64,000 nt of DNA from Camelus ferus. Taxonomy: Eukaryota. Numbering within the stretch: the first letter of the stretch is position 1; each line of letters starts with the position of its first letter. Below, piece by piece: positions 24,421 through 37,704 of the stretch. Where the stretch lies: the NCBI RefSeq assembly GCF_009834535.1, contig NC_045697.1:116934001-116998000 (forward strand). The letters are read 5' to 3'. A program made the position numbers and the translations under genes. The notes under the pieces were generated by a model, which saw nothing but the letters and a program-made list of their open reading frames with translations, ran no database searches and was not told where the DNA came from.

Positions 24421-25609
24421 GAGCAGGTGTGCGCACATTTTTCTGGAAAGAGCTCAAACTTCTATTGTTACCGAACTTCTTTCCATGGTACAGAGATTTT
24501 GTTTTTCTGTCCATATTAGTTTCCCGTTGTACATGGAGAGGAAATGTTTTCTCTTGTTTCTAGCAAATAGTCATGCACGGAAAATGCAAAGCCTTGTTTG
24601 AAAGAGAAAGAACTCTCTATTCACAGGGAGAGAGGGCAGCTTTTGTGGAAGTTCTCAGTGCTCTGACTGCTCCCTCCTCCCGTCTGTTCAGCCACTTTTA
24701 CTGACATAAAGGGCAGTATTGGTGCCTGGTCAGTGCCTAGACAGGCTCCATGAGTACGTAAAAAGGAACCCCGTGCAGGATACTGAGTTAGGAATGGTGC
24801 CAAGCATGTCCCGTTTTAGGTATTCTGATGAAGATGAGCATGTTTCCATGACAACCCTCTGTTCCCTTCGACCAGCACGAGGAGTGGAGTTTCTGGGAAG
24901 CCGGAGGTCCCAGAAGCCCTGTGCCCTCGTGGCCATCCTGACGCCAGCCCTCATCACTTGCCTTCACCGCCTCTTTGCCATTTTTAACTCCACCGAATGG
25001 CCTGGCTTGAGCTCAGTGGGTAACATAAGCTTTGAGAGGTACCAGCCCTGCTCATCACGATGATAACACTTATTTTAATTATTATACTATATTTGACTTT
25101 TACATTAACCTGGTGCCCATCAGTTCTCTTTTTTGTTTTTGCCAAAGAAGGGTTATCAATTTCTGGTCTCCCGTAGGAGAAACAGATGCTTCCTGAGTAG
25201 TAAGGTCCAGCCTCGTCGCCAGGACACGCGGACTTGGATTATACCTGTCACACATACTTTGGTATCATGTGCCTGCATTTTCCTTATTTCTTTCCCATTG
25301 AACCAGCGTAGTTTCTGCTCTCGATGATGAACATTTAAGCATTCCTGCCTCTTGATCTTCTTTTGTGTCTTCATCCCTCTTCCTCTCCACACATCCCTGT
25401 AATATATTCCCCAACTCTCTCCAACTATTTGTGTTTCTGAATTTTCAAAATTTCACTGAGACACGTTTTGCCATCATCCCTCCCTTTTGTAACGTCTTCT
25501 CTTACTCGGAGCTTGACGACTGCGTACGAGCTGTGCTATTTATTGGACGACTGTACTGTCTCCTTTTCTATGTCTGCGTCTTGATGTTCTAAATCAATGC
25601 TGTGGGTAG

Positions 25610-25830
25610 AATAATGATCAAAGCCTTGAGCTTTAGAGCTTGTCAGACTTCGGGTCGAACCCTTGCTCCTCTGCTAACTGGCTTTCACACCCTAAGGTTA
25701 CTTAATCTCCTTCAAGCTGCAGTCTCCTCATCTGTAAAATGAGTGCAATCATCATCAGAGCCATAAGGTAGTCACGGGGATTAAGTGGGATAATATATGT
25801 AAGAGATTTAGAACAGTGACTGCAAATTGG
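25610..25830 (+). mobile_element. MIR SINE
   Basis: gttacttaatctc...cagtctcctcatctgtaaaatga...ggattaagtgggataatatatgtaa...tttagaacagtg. Confidence 0.88.
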
Positions 25831-26494
25831 ACCAGATGATTGCGCAAAACTACTTTCTGACTGTTTTTTTAAGAAACTGTCAAATCTACAAATCAGTCAG
25901 TCAAACGTGGCTATAGTGTTTGACAAAGAACCACCGTACACCAAGGGGGGAACTTACCGGGCTGTATGCTTCATACGACTGTTTCAGAGCAGAAGCCCTT
26001 TCCGTGGAAGACTCATAGTGGCATTAATAAACATGGTTTCCTCTTTTTTCACTCTCCCAGCTCCCTCCTAGTCATTAGGAATAAATCCCCAAATTTTGGC
26101 AAACTGAACATGTCAGCCGGGGTGGTAGGTATACACCCATGCCATTGCCCCTTTGTGCAAAAGGCAAAAGGAGCTGAAAGTAAGTTTGACCTTTCTCCCA
26201 CTGGAAGATTGAGGCCCCATGTTTTCCAGGATGGGCAGGAGGGCCTCCTTGACTACCCTTAGGGAGGCAGCTGTGAGCCGTCCCCAGCTCTCTCCAGGAT
26301 GTACAGAGGTGAAGTAGAGAGATTGCTGAGGGTCCCCCTCTACCGCCCGGGGCCAGTCTCATGCTTGCCAGCCTTGTCTTTTTGTTTGTTTGTTTGTTTG
26401 TTTTTTAAACATGCCTTATTTCTTCTCTCCTTAAAACTTCTTAGAGAAATTGCGGTAAAATTTCTTGACCACGTTTCCAAATAGCTCAATTAAA

Positions 26495-26856
26495 AATGCA
26501 TGAAAAGCCAACAGGTATGTGAAAAAATGTTTAACATCACTGGTCATCAGGGAAATGCAAATTAAAACCATAATGGGTTATCAACTTTCAGCTGTCAGAA
26601 TGGCTATCATCAAAAAGACAATAAATAACAAGCGTTGGTGAGGATGTGGAAAAAAGGGAACCCTTGTGGGACTATAAATTGGTGCAGCCACTGTGGGAAA
26701 CAGTATGGACGTTTCCTCAAAAACTAAAAAGACAACATCCATTGATCTGGCCCTTCCACTTCTAGGAATACATCCAAAGACAACACAAACGCTAACTTGA
26801 AAATGTATCTGCATCCCAACACTCCCAGCAGTAACATTTACCATCACCAGCAAGAG
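26495..26856 (+). mobile_element. L1 ORF2 C-terminal fragment
   Basis: catcagggaaatgcaaattaaaacca...gtcagaatggctatcatcaaaaagaca...ttggtgaggatgtgga...ttggtgcagccactgtgg. Confidence 0.9.
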
Positions 26857-27167
26857 AACTGGGATTCTGTAAAGTATTTGCTGAAACACTATGGGTTTTC
26901 TTTTTTTTTCGTGCGATCTTCACAATAGATCAAAAAATAAATTGAGAAAGAAAAGAATAAATTAATCCATGGGTTCTATCATCTATAATCAATGTGTGTC
27001 TGAGGGGAGAGGTTGGTTAACAAACAGTAACACAGAGGTGTCAAGTCATACCAGACGGGGGCGTCCATGGGGTCACAAAAAGCACATGGCCGATGAGATT
27101 TGGGATTTCCAATTATTATTTACTTCTCCCTAACCCTTTATGAATTTATCCTCTCTATCACAGAGAT

Positions 27168-27801
27168 CAGGGGTAGGCAAGCTACCCCACATGCAAACTT
27201 AAGCCAGCCTGCCTCCTCTTTGGTAAATAAAGTTTTATTTTTATTTATTTATTTAATCGAAGCACACTCAGTTTACAATGTTGTGTCAGTTCCTGGTGTA
27301 CAGCACCGTCTTTCAGTCATACATATACCTACATATATTCCTTTTCATATTCTTTTTCAGAAGTTACTGCAAGATAGTGAATATAGTTCCTTGTGCTATA
27401 CATTATAAACTTATTGTTTATCTATTTTATATATAATAATTAGTCTCTGCAAATCTTGAACTCCCAGTTTATCCCTTCCCATCCCCCTTCCTCCCCAGTA
27501 ACCATAAGATTGTTTACTATGTCTGTGAGTCTGTTTTTGCCTTATAGGTAAGTTCATTAGTGTCTCCTTTTTTCTATTTTTCAATTCCACATACGAGGTG
27601 ATAATCATATGGTGTTTTTCTTTCTCTTTCTGGCTTAAATAAAGTTTTATTTGAATGCAGCCACACCCACTGGTTTACCTGTTACCCAGGGCTGCGTTTG
27701 GACTACAGCAGCAGAGCTGGGTACTGGTGGCAGGGACCAGGTGGCTAAAAATCTAAATATTTCCTACCTGCTCCTTTTACAGGAAAAGCTTAGGATGCCT
27801 G
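27168..27801 (+). mobile_element. MER58A hAT MITE split by an L1 insertion
   Basis: caggggtaggcaa...gtaaataaagttttatt | gaatgcagccacaccca...aaatattt...tttacaggaaaag...cctg follows the MER58A consensus. Confidence 0.88.
27241..27635 (-). mobile_element. 5'-truncated L1 3' end nested in MER58A
   Basis: Antisense L1 3'UTR; perfect 17 bp TSD taaataaagttttattt at 27224-27240 and 27636-27652. Confidence 0.93.
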
Positions 27802-29139
27802 AACTCAATCACACAGTTAAAAATCAAACCAACAACACTACAGCTTGCCTCTCCTCTCCTCCATGTGGAAGGCAAATCCATCCTGTTTATCTGGCTCTGT
27901 TTTAATATTTATTGTTTTCCTTACGTGCAAAAGTTGGGAATAACATTGTGTTTTCAGCTTATCTACCTAAACATATGGGACTATTTCCTTTGGAAAATGT
28001 TACCAAAGTTAATGGTATTGAGTGTTTTCCTAAATTCTGTAAATCACATCACGTTTGTTACTATCCAAGTTAGCAATTGCTTCTGCAATTATTAAACAAG
28101 GAAATATTTGAATATCTTCCTAATGTTTTAAGATTAAATAAAATGTTAAATTTTTAGCTGAATATTTAATCTTTCTAATACTTTTGATTCTTTGGGAGCC
28201 AGATATGGGGAGATAAAAATCTGCACCAGATTTGTTTTCCATTTTTCTTTTCTGATTCTCTCCTGCTCATTTCCTTAGAGCACATATTGTTTTCAGCAAC
28301 ATCACACGTTCAAAATAAGTCAATGTCGAGTTCCTGAGTAAAGGAAGTCTTTGATGTCTTTGCTAATTATAGATTCTGCTTAGAGATGCAAAATATATTT
28401 ACAATGTTTTGTAGGGTTGTTGAAAGATAGAATTGCCCCAATCAGTTAAGTGAGGTGTATAGAGAGATTTAGGAAAGAAATTGTCTTCGATTCAATGATT
28501 TGGAGCTTTTTGAGTGCAAGTTGATGGTAGTGAATCTGGGAGCAATGAGTAATGGCATATCAAGGACAATTTAAGGGAATGGCTTTTGAGATTAAAGATC
28601 TAAAAAAAAGTACTCAGGAGAGAGACAAGATTTGGAATTGGTTCTCACACCGGGAAGGTACTTTCCTGTGGCAGCTTCCCAACACATCTGTAGACGGATG
28701 CACTCAGCACTGTCAGGGGGAATTCTTTGAAGGATACTTGGCTATTTAAAATAGAAATGCTGGTGTTTGTCCTAAAAGGGATTGTTACCGTCCTACTAAT
28801 TATCCTGACTTCTGAATGAAATGCTGACTCATCAAAGGCATAGTTTTACTTCAAAGGACTGTGATACAGTAAATATAAAAACATGGAATTGTGGGGATGG
28901 ATAAAGCTAGCTGTGTTTGCGTGTAAAACAAATTTTAAATAAAGCACGGACATGTTTTAGACTTTCTGGTTTCATAGCAGTCCTGCTTCTGTAATTCTCC
29001 TTGGTTACCTTAATCAAAAAAATCACAAATATTTTGTTTGTACTTTTAGCAGTAATTTAGCCTATGATAAAGGTAGACAAATCATTGTTGATTTCAAAGA
29101 AGACAATTGTTTTATTGGTGTAAGTTTTCCTTAACAGTG

Positions 29140-29510
29140 CATTCATTTATTTGTTTGAATTGGTAATGCAAATAGATGACAAAAGTTAAAATAAATGATA
29201 TACTGTAAAATGTAAATATCCCATCCCACCACTGTCTGTTGGCTATCTATTTATCTTTCCTGGAAGCAATCACTCTTTCTGTTTTTTTCCTGTGTCCTCC
29301 CGAGTTGGTCTGTGTATATGCAAGCATTGACTTATATATTCTTTTTTAAAAAGCAAATAATACTGTGCTCTTCACACAATGTGGAACTTTGTTATGTTGC
29401 CTTAACAGTAAACATTTGAGATTATTTTCCATCAGCACTTCATTATTTTTAACAGGTGCATAATATTCCATGACATGTAAGTACCATAATATTTTTAGCC
29501 ACATCCCACA
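29140..29510 (-). mobile_element. Old L1ME-type 3' fragment
   Basis: ttccatcagcac...cattatttttaacaggtgcataatattccat...gtaccataatatttttagcca. Confidence 0.65.
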
Positions 29511-29545
29511 CCAAGGTTTTAATTTTCAGACATTTTGTTTGACTT

Positions 29546-29594
29546 TGTGTGTGTATGTGTGTCTGTGTAAGTATGTGGCGGGGTTGTGTGTGTG
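29546..29594. repeat. Degenerate (TG)n tract
   Basis: Directly visible. Confidence 0.8.
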
Positions 29595-29647
29595 AGTAGG
29601 GGGCTCAAATACAGAGGTTATATTGTTCAGCTCACTGTGCTTTGGTG

Positions 29648-30830
29648 TAGTTTTAGGTTTATAGCAAAATTGAGGGGGAAGATGCAGAGATTTTCCATAT
29701 ACTCCTTACCTGCGTAATGCACAACCTCCGTTATTCTCAGCATCTCCCACCAGAGTGGTACATTCGTTACATTTGGCGAATGTCCATCAACACATCATTA
29801 TCACCCAGCATCCATAGTTCACATCAGGTTCCCTCTTAATCTCATATACTTTATGGGTTTGAACGGATACAATGATGTGCGTTCATCATTACTGTATCAT
29901 AGAGAGTATTTTCACTGCCCTAAAATCCCCTGTGTTCCATCTGTGCATTTCTCCCTCTCACCACAGCCCCTGGCAGCCACTGATCTTTTACTGTCTCCAT
30001 AGCTTTGCTTTTTCCAGAATGTCGTATAGTTTGGAGTCAAAGTGTGTAGCCTTTTCAGACTGGCTTCTTTCACTTAGTAATATGCATTTAAGTTTCCACC
30101 ATGTCTTTTCATGGCTTCAGAGCTCATTTCTTTTTGGTTCTGGATAATATTCCATTGTCTGTTGTACCACAGACAATCCATTCACCTCCTGAAGGACATC
30201 TTGGTTGCTTTCAAGTCTTAGAAATGATAAATAAAGCTGCTATAAACATGTGTAGGTGTTTTGGACTTACGTTTTCAACTCCTTTGGGTGAATACCAAGG
30301 AATCTGTTTCTAGATTACAGTAACAGTATGCTTATTTTTGTTAAAAAAAAAAATTGAAAACTGTTCCATTTTGGCTGTATGTACCATTTTGGATTCTCGC
30401 CAGCAATAAATGTTGAGTTCTTGTTGCTCCACAATCTGCCCAGCATTTGCTGTTGTCAGTGTTCTGGATTGTGGCCATTCTGGTAAGTTTGTAGTGGAAT
30501 CTCGTTGTTGTTTTAATCTGCATTTCCCTGGTGACATAGGATGGAAAATGTCTTTTCATATGCTTATTTGCCAACTGTATATCTTCTTTGGTGAGATGTC
30601 TGTTAAGGATTTTAGCCCAATTTTTAACTGGGCTGTTGTTGGGTTTTAAGAGTTCTTTGTATATTTTGGATAACAGTTCTTTATCAGATACATCTTTTGC
30701 AAATATTTTCTTCCAGTTTATGGCTTGTCTTCTCATTCTCTTGACATTGTCTTTTGTAGAGCAGAAGTTTTTAATTTTAATGAAGACCATCTTATCCTAT
30801 ACATCTTCATGGACCATGCCTTTGATGTTA
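29648..30830 (-). mobile_element. L1MC/MD-type 3'UTR plus ORF2 C-terminus
   Basis: ORF 30341-30790 ([49 protein letters not shown]) is L1 ORF2p; the 3'UTR contains cccaccagagtggtacatt. Confidence 0.93.
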
Positions 30831-31034
30831 CATTCTTATTAATATTTAGTATGAAATTTAAGGTCAGTGTGTCTAGTTCCAAAAAAAAAATCATTATTGT
30901 TTTTTGCTATTGTAATCTTGAAAACTCTAAGTTGAAGAGAATGAACATCTTACAATGTGAAGTTTTCCTTTTTACTAATAACTTGTGCTTTACAATTGTT
31001 CAAACCTCTTTGTATCCTTTAATAGCATTTAAAT

Positions 31035-31300
31035 TTTTATTTAAAAAACCAGGTTTATTAAGGTATAAATCACCTATGGTAAAATTCACCCCTTTCTAAT
31101 GTACAATTTTATGAATTTTGACAAATGCATATAGTCATGTATCCAAAATCAAAAATCAAGGCATAGAACATTTTCATCACCCTAACAAGTTCCCTTTTAC
31201 CTCCTTTATAGTCAGGCATTTTCTCCACCCCAAGTGCCTGGAAACCACTGACCTATTTTTTTGCCTCTAATATTTTGCTTTTGCAGATTGACACATCAGT
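31035..31300 (-). mobile_element. L1MB/ME-type 3' fragment
   Basis: taaaattcaccccttt...gtacaattttatgaattttgacaaatgcatatagtcatgt...atagaacattttcatcaccc. Confidence 0.8.
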
Positions 31301-34080
31301 GGGATAATAGCTGTAAGAATAGCTTGGCAATTCATCTCCACAAAAAAAAGAGTATAAAACTGAACAATATTGTCAAAAACAATCATTTAAAGGCACCGGA
31401 AATTGACCAAAAGCAAATGACAATTTGAGAAGTATTAATTCCAAAAAACCAGTGAGAGCTTTGGGTAAGAACAGTAGGATTCTCTGTCCATCTCCCTGGG
31501 ACTGCTCACACTGCTAGCCCCTGCTTGAATGGCAAGAACTCTGGTTTCACAGGTTGGGGCTGGGTGCAAAAATCTGTGGCTTTATAGTCAAAGGGGGAAG
31601 ATTGGCTCGATTTCAATTTAGGGTAGGAGGCAAAACGCCCTGCTTTGCTGATTAACAGTGGTGATGAACTCAGTTGGGAATGGTCAGGAAGTACATTCCA
31701 GCCAGACGTTTCAAGGGGAGAATTCTGGAAATGAGGGAGCCACAGAAGTTCTGAGAAAAGCTGTTCTCATGCCCACTGGCTGATTTAGACCCATGCATGT
31801 ACAGAAGAGGGCTAAGCGCCCAGCAAAACAAAAAAACAAGCAAACAAAAAGTAAGCCTGGAGAGACTTGAGAACCAGCTACAACTTTGAATGCATTTCTC
31901 AAACCACAGGCAGCTAGATTGCAGAGGGTAGAAGCCTCATGTGTTTGAGCTGTTTGAACAAAACCTTCGCTCAAAGCATTAGCTGACCTCTTACGCAGAT
32001 ACACAAGGCAACACCTAGGAAGCCAAGTTGAAAAATAAACATAAGGATGGAAAACCTTAGCAGAGACATCTGACTGTGTACCACAGAGCAGGTAGATTCT
32101 ACAGTTTAGATCCAGGCAAGAATAAAAAAAGAATGGCTCCAGAGTTGCTGCAATAAATTATCTAAAATGTACACTGTCGAACAAAACTTCTGGACATACA
32201 GTGAAACAGCGAAGTGTGGCTCATTCATGTTCAGTTCCAGGAGCAGAAGCTGTCAGTAGAAACTGACTCTGAATGGGTCCATTGGCCAGATTTAGCTAAG
32301 ACTGAAACACAGCCATTATGCATATGTTCAAAGAATTAAAGGAAACACTTTGAAGAAGAAAAGTAAATTAAGGTGACAGTGAGAGAATAATTCTAGAGTC
32401 AATAATTACAGCAACTGGAAAGAGGGGATCAGGAGCAGACTTGAGACATCAGAAGAAAGAATCACTGTGAATGGGAGTTAGATCAGTAAAAAAAAAGTTA
32501 GCCAATAAACAATAGAAAAAAGATTGAAGAACAACAAAGAGACAATGCCAGGGGTTCCGACTATGAATCCCAACTGTCTCCTTTCTCCACCTAGAAGACA
32601 GACAAAGAAACAGAAAAAGAATTTGAAGAAATAATGGCTAAAACTTGCCAAATTTAATGAAAGATAGAATCCTGCAGATCTCAGAAGCTCATGAAAACTA
32701 AGTAAGATAAACACTTATTTTATTTTTATTTTCTTTATTTTAGGTACAATTTTTCTTATATTTAATATTTTCTTTATTTTTTTATGATAAAAAAAGAACA
32801 ACACTTCTATACACTGTCAAACTGCTGAAAGCCAAACACAAAGAGAAAATCGTCACAGCAGCAGAACAAAAATGATTTGTGATAGTATGATTAACAACTG
32901 GCTTCTTCGAGGAAACAATGGAGACCGAGAGGCAGGATGGAATGACATATTCAGAGTGTTGATGAAGAGAAATAAAGTTAATGAAGAATTAAACATTCTG
33001 TGTGTGTATTATGCATAAAACTAAAAGTCAACAGAGAATGTAACATGGTAAGCTAATCATGCTTGTTCATCACAAAGGAAGGCAGTAAATCAGGAATAAA
33101 AAAGGTATAAGATGTAGAAAAAAGAGCAAAATGTAAATCAAACCCTAACAGTAATTGCCTTAAATGTAAATCTAAACATTCCAATCAAAAGGCAGGGATT
33201 GCCAAAGTGAATAAGAAAGCTTTCTATTAGAGAAATTATTTGTATTTGATGAAATAAATAATTGAAAGTAAAAGATGATAAAAAGATATTCCATTCAAAC
33301 TGCCACTATAAATAACCTGAAGTAGCTATATTAATATCAAAATAAATTTTAAGACAAGAAATATTGCTAGAGACAGAAAGGGACATTTCCTATTGATAAA
33401 AGTATCCAATACATCATGGAGATTTAGCAACTGTAAATGCACTTAAACAGAGTTCCTAAATATATTAAGAAAAATATGACATAATCATAAGGGAAAGAGA
33501 CAACTCAACTATTCTAGTTGGAGATTTCAGTACTCCTCTTGCCATAATTGACCAGGCAATCAGAGGGAAAAAAACAAAAAGGATACAGAGACTTGAATGA
33601 CCCTATCACCCAACTTGACCTGACATATAGATGGCTTTTCACTCAACAGCCGAATCCACATTTTCACTGCACGTGGCTCATTCTCCAGAGTAGATCCTAG
33701 GCCAGGACATAAAACAGTTTTTAATCATTTCAAATGGATTGAAATCATACTAGTATATTTGCCAACCACAACAGAACTGACTTGGAAATAAACAACAGAA
33801 AGACGTCTGTGGTTAGAGGAAGATTTATAACTTTAAGCACTTACAGCAGAAGGGAAGAAAGATCTAAAATCAATAATCTCAGCTTTCACTGTAAGAAGCT
33901 AGAAAAATCAGAGCAGCAAATCCAATGCCAATAAGAGGAAGATGGAAGCAACAAAATCAGGGTGGAAATCAACCAAAGAGTAGAGAGAAACGTGGAGAAA
34001 ATCAATGAAGCTAAAAGTTAGTGCTTTGTAAAGATCAACACAGTCAATAGATATTTTGCTAGACTGATAAGAATAAAAGG
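31300..34080 (+). mobile_element. Old L1M 5' portion (5'UTR, ORF1, ORF2 endonuclease)
   Basis: ORF1-like ttgaagaaataatggctaaaacttgccaaattt and tcaaactgctgaaagccaaa; endonuclease-like ccttaaatgtaaat...ccaatcaaaaggcag and agttggagatttcagtactcctct; gaaaatcaatgaagctaaaag. Confidence 0.88.
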
Positions 34081-34569
34081 GGGTGGAGACGAAACTGAAG
34101 CGGAAAAAGGAGAGTCAAACGTTAGATGTTGGCTTTGATCTCACCTCTGCTGGATATAGACAGCAAACGATGGAACTCCCAAGACAATCTGGGAACCTGA
34201 GATTGGAATCCAGTTTATCTTGGGACGCTAGGTGATGTTCTAACAGATACTCCCTGTGCTGCAATGACGTGGAAGCAGTTGAAGGAGAGGGCTTGACACA
34301 GCCCCTGCCTCCTGCAGCACCAAAGGGAGAAAAGCATCCAAACGTTCTCCACACCACTAACAAAAATTGGGAACTTGGCTAAGAAACACTTAGCAAGACG
34401 ATCCTCTGGGTTTAATGAGAGACCCAAGAAGAATGCTTTTCCCTTGAGAAAGACTGAGCCCGTATGTTTTAATCTGTTAGACTGCAAAGGCAGGAATATT
34501 ACACTAATTAATCAACTTCTACTTGTTTTCCAGGGAGCGCTGTGATTTAGCAAGTGGACTATTTATCAT

Positions 34570-34780
34570 TAGGCAAACAGATTAAAGCACACGCTCTTGG
34601 ATCCTGGAGGTGGGACACTGGCAAAGCCACCCTACCTCTTGGAACCTCCTCATCTATAACATAGTGTTAATCGCTCTCTACTTGCACCGAATTCTACCAA
34701 ACAATAAGGTTGCTTTGATGCATGAATGATATGAAATATGTGAAAAGTGCTTTGTAATTGTTCAAAGCCCTGCAAACCAT
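34570..34780 (+). mobile_element. Degraded MIR
   Basis: cctcatctataa...atgaaatatgtgaaaagtgctttgtaa. Confidence 0.6.
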
Positions 34781-35199
34781 TTCTCTCTATATATTAACTG
34801 TTATCCATTTGTGGGCAAGGGGCCTTTTTCTAATTTTTCTACTTGACTTTTACTCTAGTGTGCAATTTTTGAAAGTCTTTCAAGCTATTACAAAAATGTA
34901 TTGTTTTAGAGTTTCTTTGTGAAAAAAAAAATAAGCTGAGGGCTTGTTCACTTTGTGAAGTCCTGTGATATTTTATTTTCTCCTAAGTTTCTGCTAGACC
35001 CAACCCATGAGATGGAAGTCCACCCTTTTCTGAAACTTACAATTGGTTTTTCCAGAGCTACCATGATGGACTCTCTATTTTCTCTTCAAAATTTTCTTCC
35101 AGGTAATTCATACTGAAATATAAATGTTTGAAAGTAGCTTTGGGAGAGAGCTCTGCCAGGAATGTGGGTGAGATGGAGAGAGGGTTTGGGAATTAGTAG

Positions 35200-35332
35200 A
35201 GATCAAAGTTTTCACACCTACTTTATCCAACCCCCAGATATTCTGAGTCAGTAGTTCAGGATGGGGACTGGACATCTGTATTTTTAAATAGTCTTTTAAA
35301 ACATTGATGGACACTCTTACTTAGAACTTCTC
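35200..35332. mobile_element. MER5A-like fragment
   Basis: ccccagatattctgagtcagtagttcaggatggggactggacatctgtattttt. Confidence 0.6.
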
Positions 35333-37441
35333 ATCTGAGGGATAAAGTATTCTAGACTGCCAGGCATCAATAGGTCAGTGCATGTGAGGGTCTGGAAGGA
35401 CATCCTGGCCTGCTTGGTATCCTTTAGACACACCACTGACCTCTTTGCTTACTGCCCATGTGACCCGTCAGCACACAGAGCTCCCTCTGACGTCTGAGGG
35501 GCTCTGAAATAACACAGGCAGACCTGTTATCATAGAAAAAAAAATAGAAGCCTGTAGAGCAATAGAAGTACAGCATGCCAAATTTTTTATTGTATGTTCT
35601 TTGTCTCCAACTGCATATTTATTTATCTTGGTAAAATTGCTAATGTTGACAAGCAGTCAACATAAGGAATATAATTCAAGGTGAGCTATATTTTCATCAC
35701 TTGTTGAATTATACTATAACCTATTACTTCATTTTCAGAGTTAGATTCGACAGGTACATGGCTGAGCAACTTCGGTTCATGTTTATCATAACTTTAGGTC
35801 CTAAAAATGTCTTTACCTTAACTAGTATTTTGTTCCTGAACAAATTATTGGAAATAGGAACACATTTAATTTATTGTAATTATCCTGAAGATGGGAAATT
35901 TGTGGAATAGGAGGAAATATCTTTGAAAATATTTTAATTTCTTACAGGATTTGAAGATAACTCTTAGGAAAGAGTTACCGTGTAAGTGATATATACTTTT
36001 ACCATATAAATTAGCAGCCAAATGTGTCATATTTTCGTATTCTTTTATTGATGTAAAGTTCCTATGGTGTTAGAAAGCCACGGTGCTCAGCAGCTGAGTC
36101 TCTTATCCATGTGGATGTGAGAGTTGATTTTGCCTGGAGGTGACAGCAGAGGTCATCGGCTTTGAGTGAAATATGATACTGTTTTTTAAGTCTCTAGAAG
36201 ACCTAGGTTTGGGAAGCACCATTTATTAAATAAGGGTTTTTGCTTTAAAAAAAAATTTAATAGTGTCAGTTATCCTTTATAGAACACACATTTATTAACT
36301 GGCTTCTAAGTGCCAGACGCTGTTCCAGATATTTTTACATCCATTATTTCAATAATTTCAGAGATGTGATGTGGTAGATTAAAAAAACTAACAGACAATA
36401 TTAGCCTCTCTTCTTTGGAAGTAACGCAATGTAGCATCATGATGCTTGAGTCTAAGGAAACGGCTTCTGCACCTCCTGTTTTAAAATGACAGGCCCGGTC
36501 ATATTCCTTCTCTGAAACATCACCAGAATTGTTGTGTTGTTGGTCTGGGAGGCAATGAGGAAAGGAGGTGAAGAGAGGACAGAATTAGTCTATTTTCTTA
36601 TTATGGACCTTCTATTCTGTGCGATATGATGTCACCAGGAATGACTTAAAATATCCCAAGTCTGTCGGAGAGTTGGGAGGGACAGTTTTGCCATGTTGTG
36701 AGGAAACGGGGTCCCATTCCAGGTCTTAGATGCCTGGAATGTGAATGTGTTGGATGACCTTCAAGTTCCCTGCTCCCAATGGAGTTTAAAGCAGGTACCA
36801 TGAGATCTTCTCGGGGTTGGGGCTCAGGGTGGGATTCTTTTAAAGTCCCTTACGAGGTCTCTGTGATGCATTTGGTGCTAGGGTATTGGGGGAAAGTTTT
36901 TTCTGAACATATATTTTTTTAACTTATAGTAGAATGACACATAATATGTCAAAACTCTTAAAAATCCTGCATTCTTCCTCAGAGCCAAAATCTCAGAGTA
37001 TCATTGCAAAACTTCCTCTGGAATCCCAGGGCCCTTGGTGGGATTGATTCATAGAACATTCTCAATGAGGGAGGAAACCCTTTCCCAGGAGCTGGTGTGG
37101 GAACCGGAGTCAGGAAAGTTCGGTCTGGACTTGATGTCTGTTCTTACTCACTTTTCTGAGATTGAAAAAAGAAAAAAGCCTACTTAGATACTAATAGATA
37201 CTAAGAAAAAACAAAAAACCACACTCCTTTGCTCCCTCGTGCATCATAAATGAAAGGTCTAATATAAAGAAGACACTTTAGTAATAGAGCATTTGGTCCA
37301 AACATCAACTTAGAGAATTAAAATATAATGTGCTTTAAAATTTAATCTCTGATAATGTAACAGAGGCCTCAAGAGGTTAAATACATTATTCCGAATTACC
37401 TATTTGGAATAGCTAAATACATACCTAGCCAATTGCATTCT

Positions 37442-37704
37442 TTTTTTAAAATATATTTTTATTGAAGTCTAGTCAGTTCACAATGTTGTGTCAATTTCTG
37501 GTGTACAGCACAATGCTTCAGTCCTACATGAACATACATAGATTCGTTTTCATATTACTTTTCACCATAAATTACTACAGGGTATTGAATCTAATTTGCT
37601 GTGCTATACAGTATGAACTTGTTGTTTATCTAGAAGGGATAAATTGGAATTTTGAGATTTGCAGATACTAATGTATGTCAAACGAATAAGCAGCAAGCTC
37701 ATAC
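37442..37704 (-). mobile_element. L1 3' end with 5' inversion
   Basis: Antisense terminus 37442-~37632, then a sense segment gaagggataaattgg...gagatttgcagatac to 37704. TSD tgcattct at 37434-37441 and 37705-37712. Confidence 0.88.

Noticed and set aside
30341..30790. 149 aa ORF as a host gene
   Set aside because: It is a decayed L1 ORF2p C-terminal segment, as are ORFs 48895-49101 and 49321-49518.
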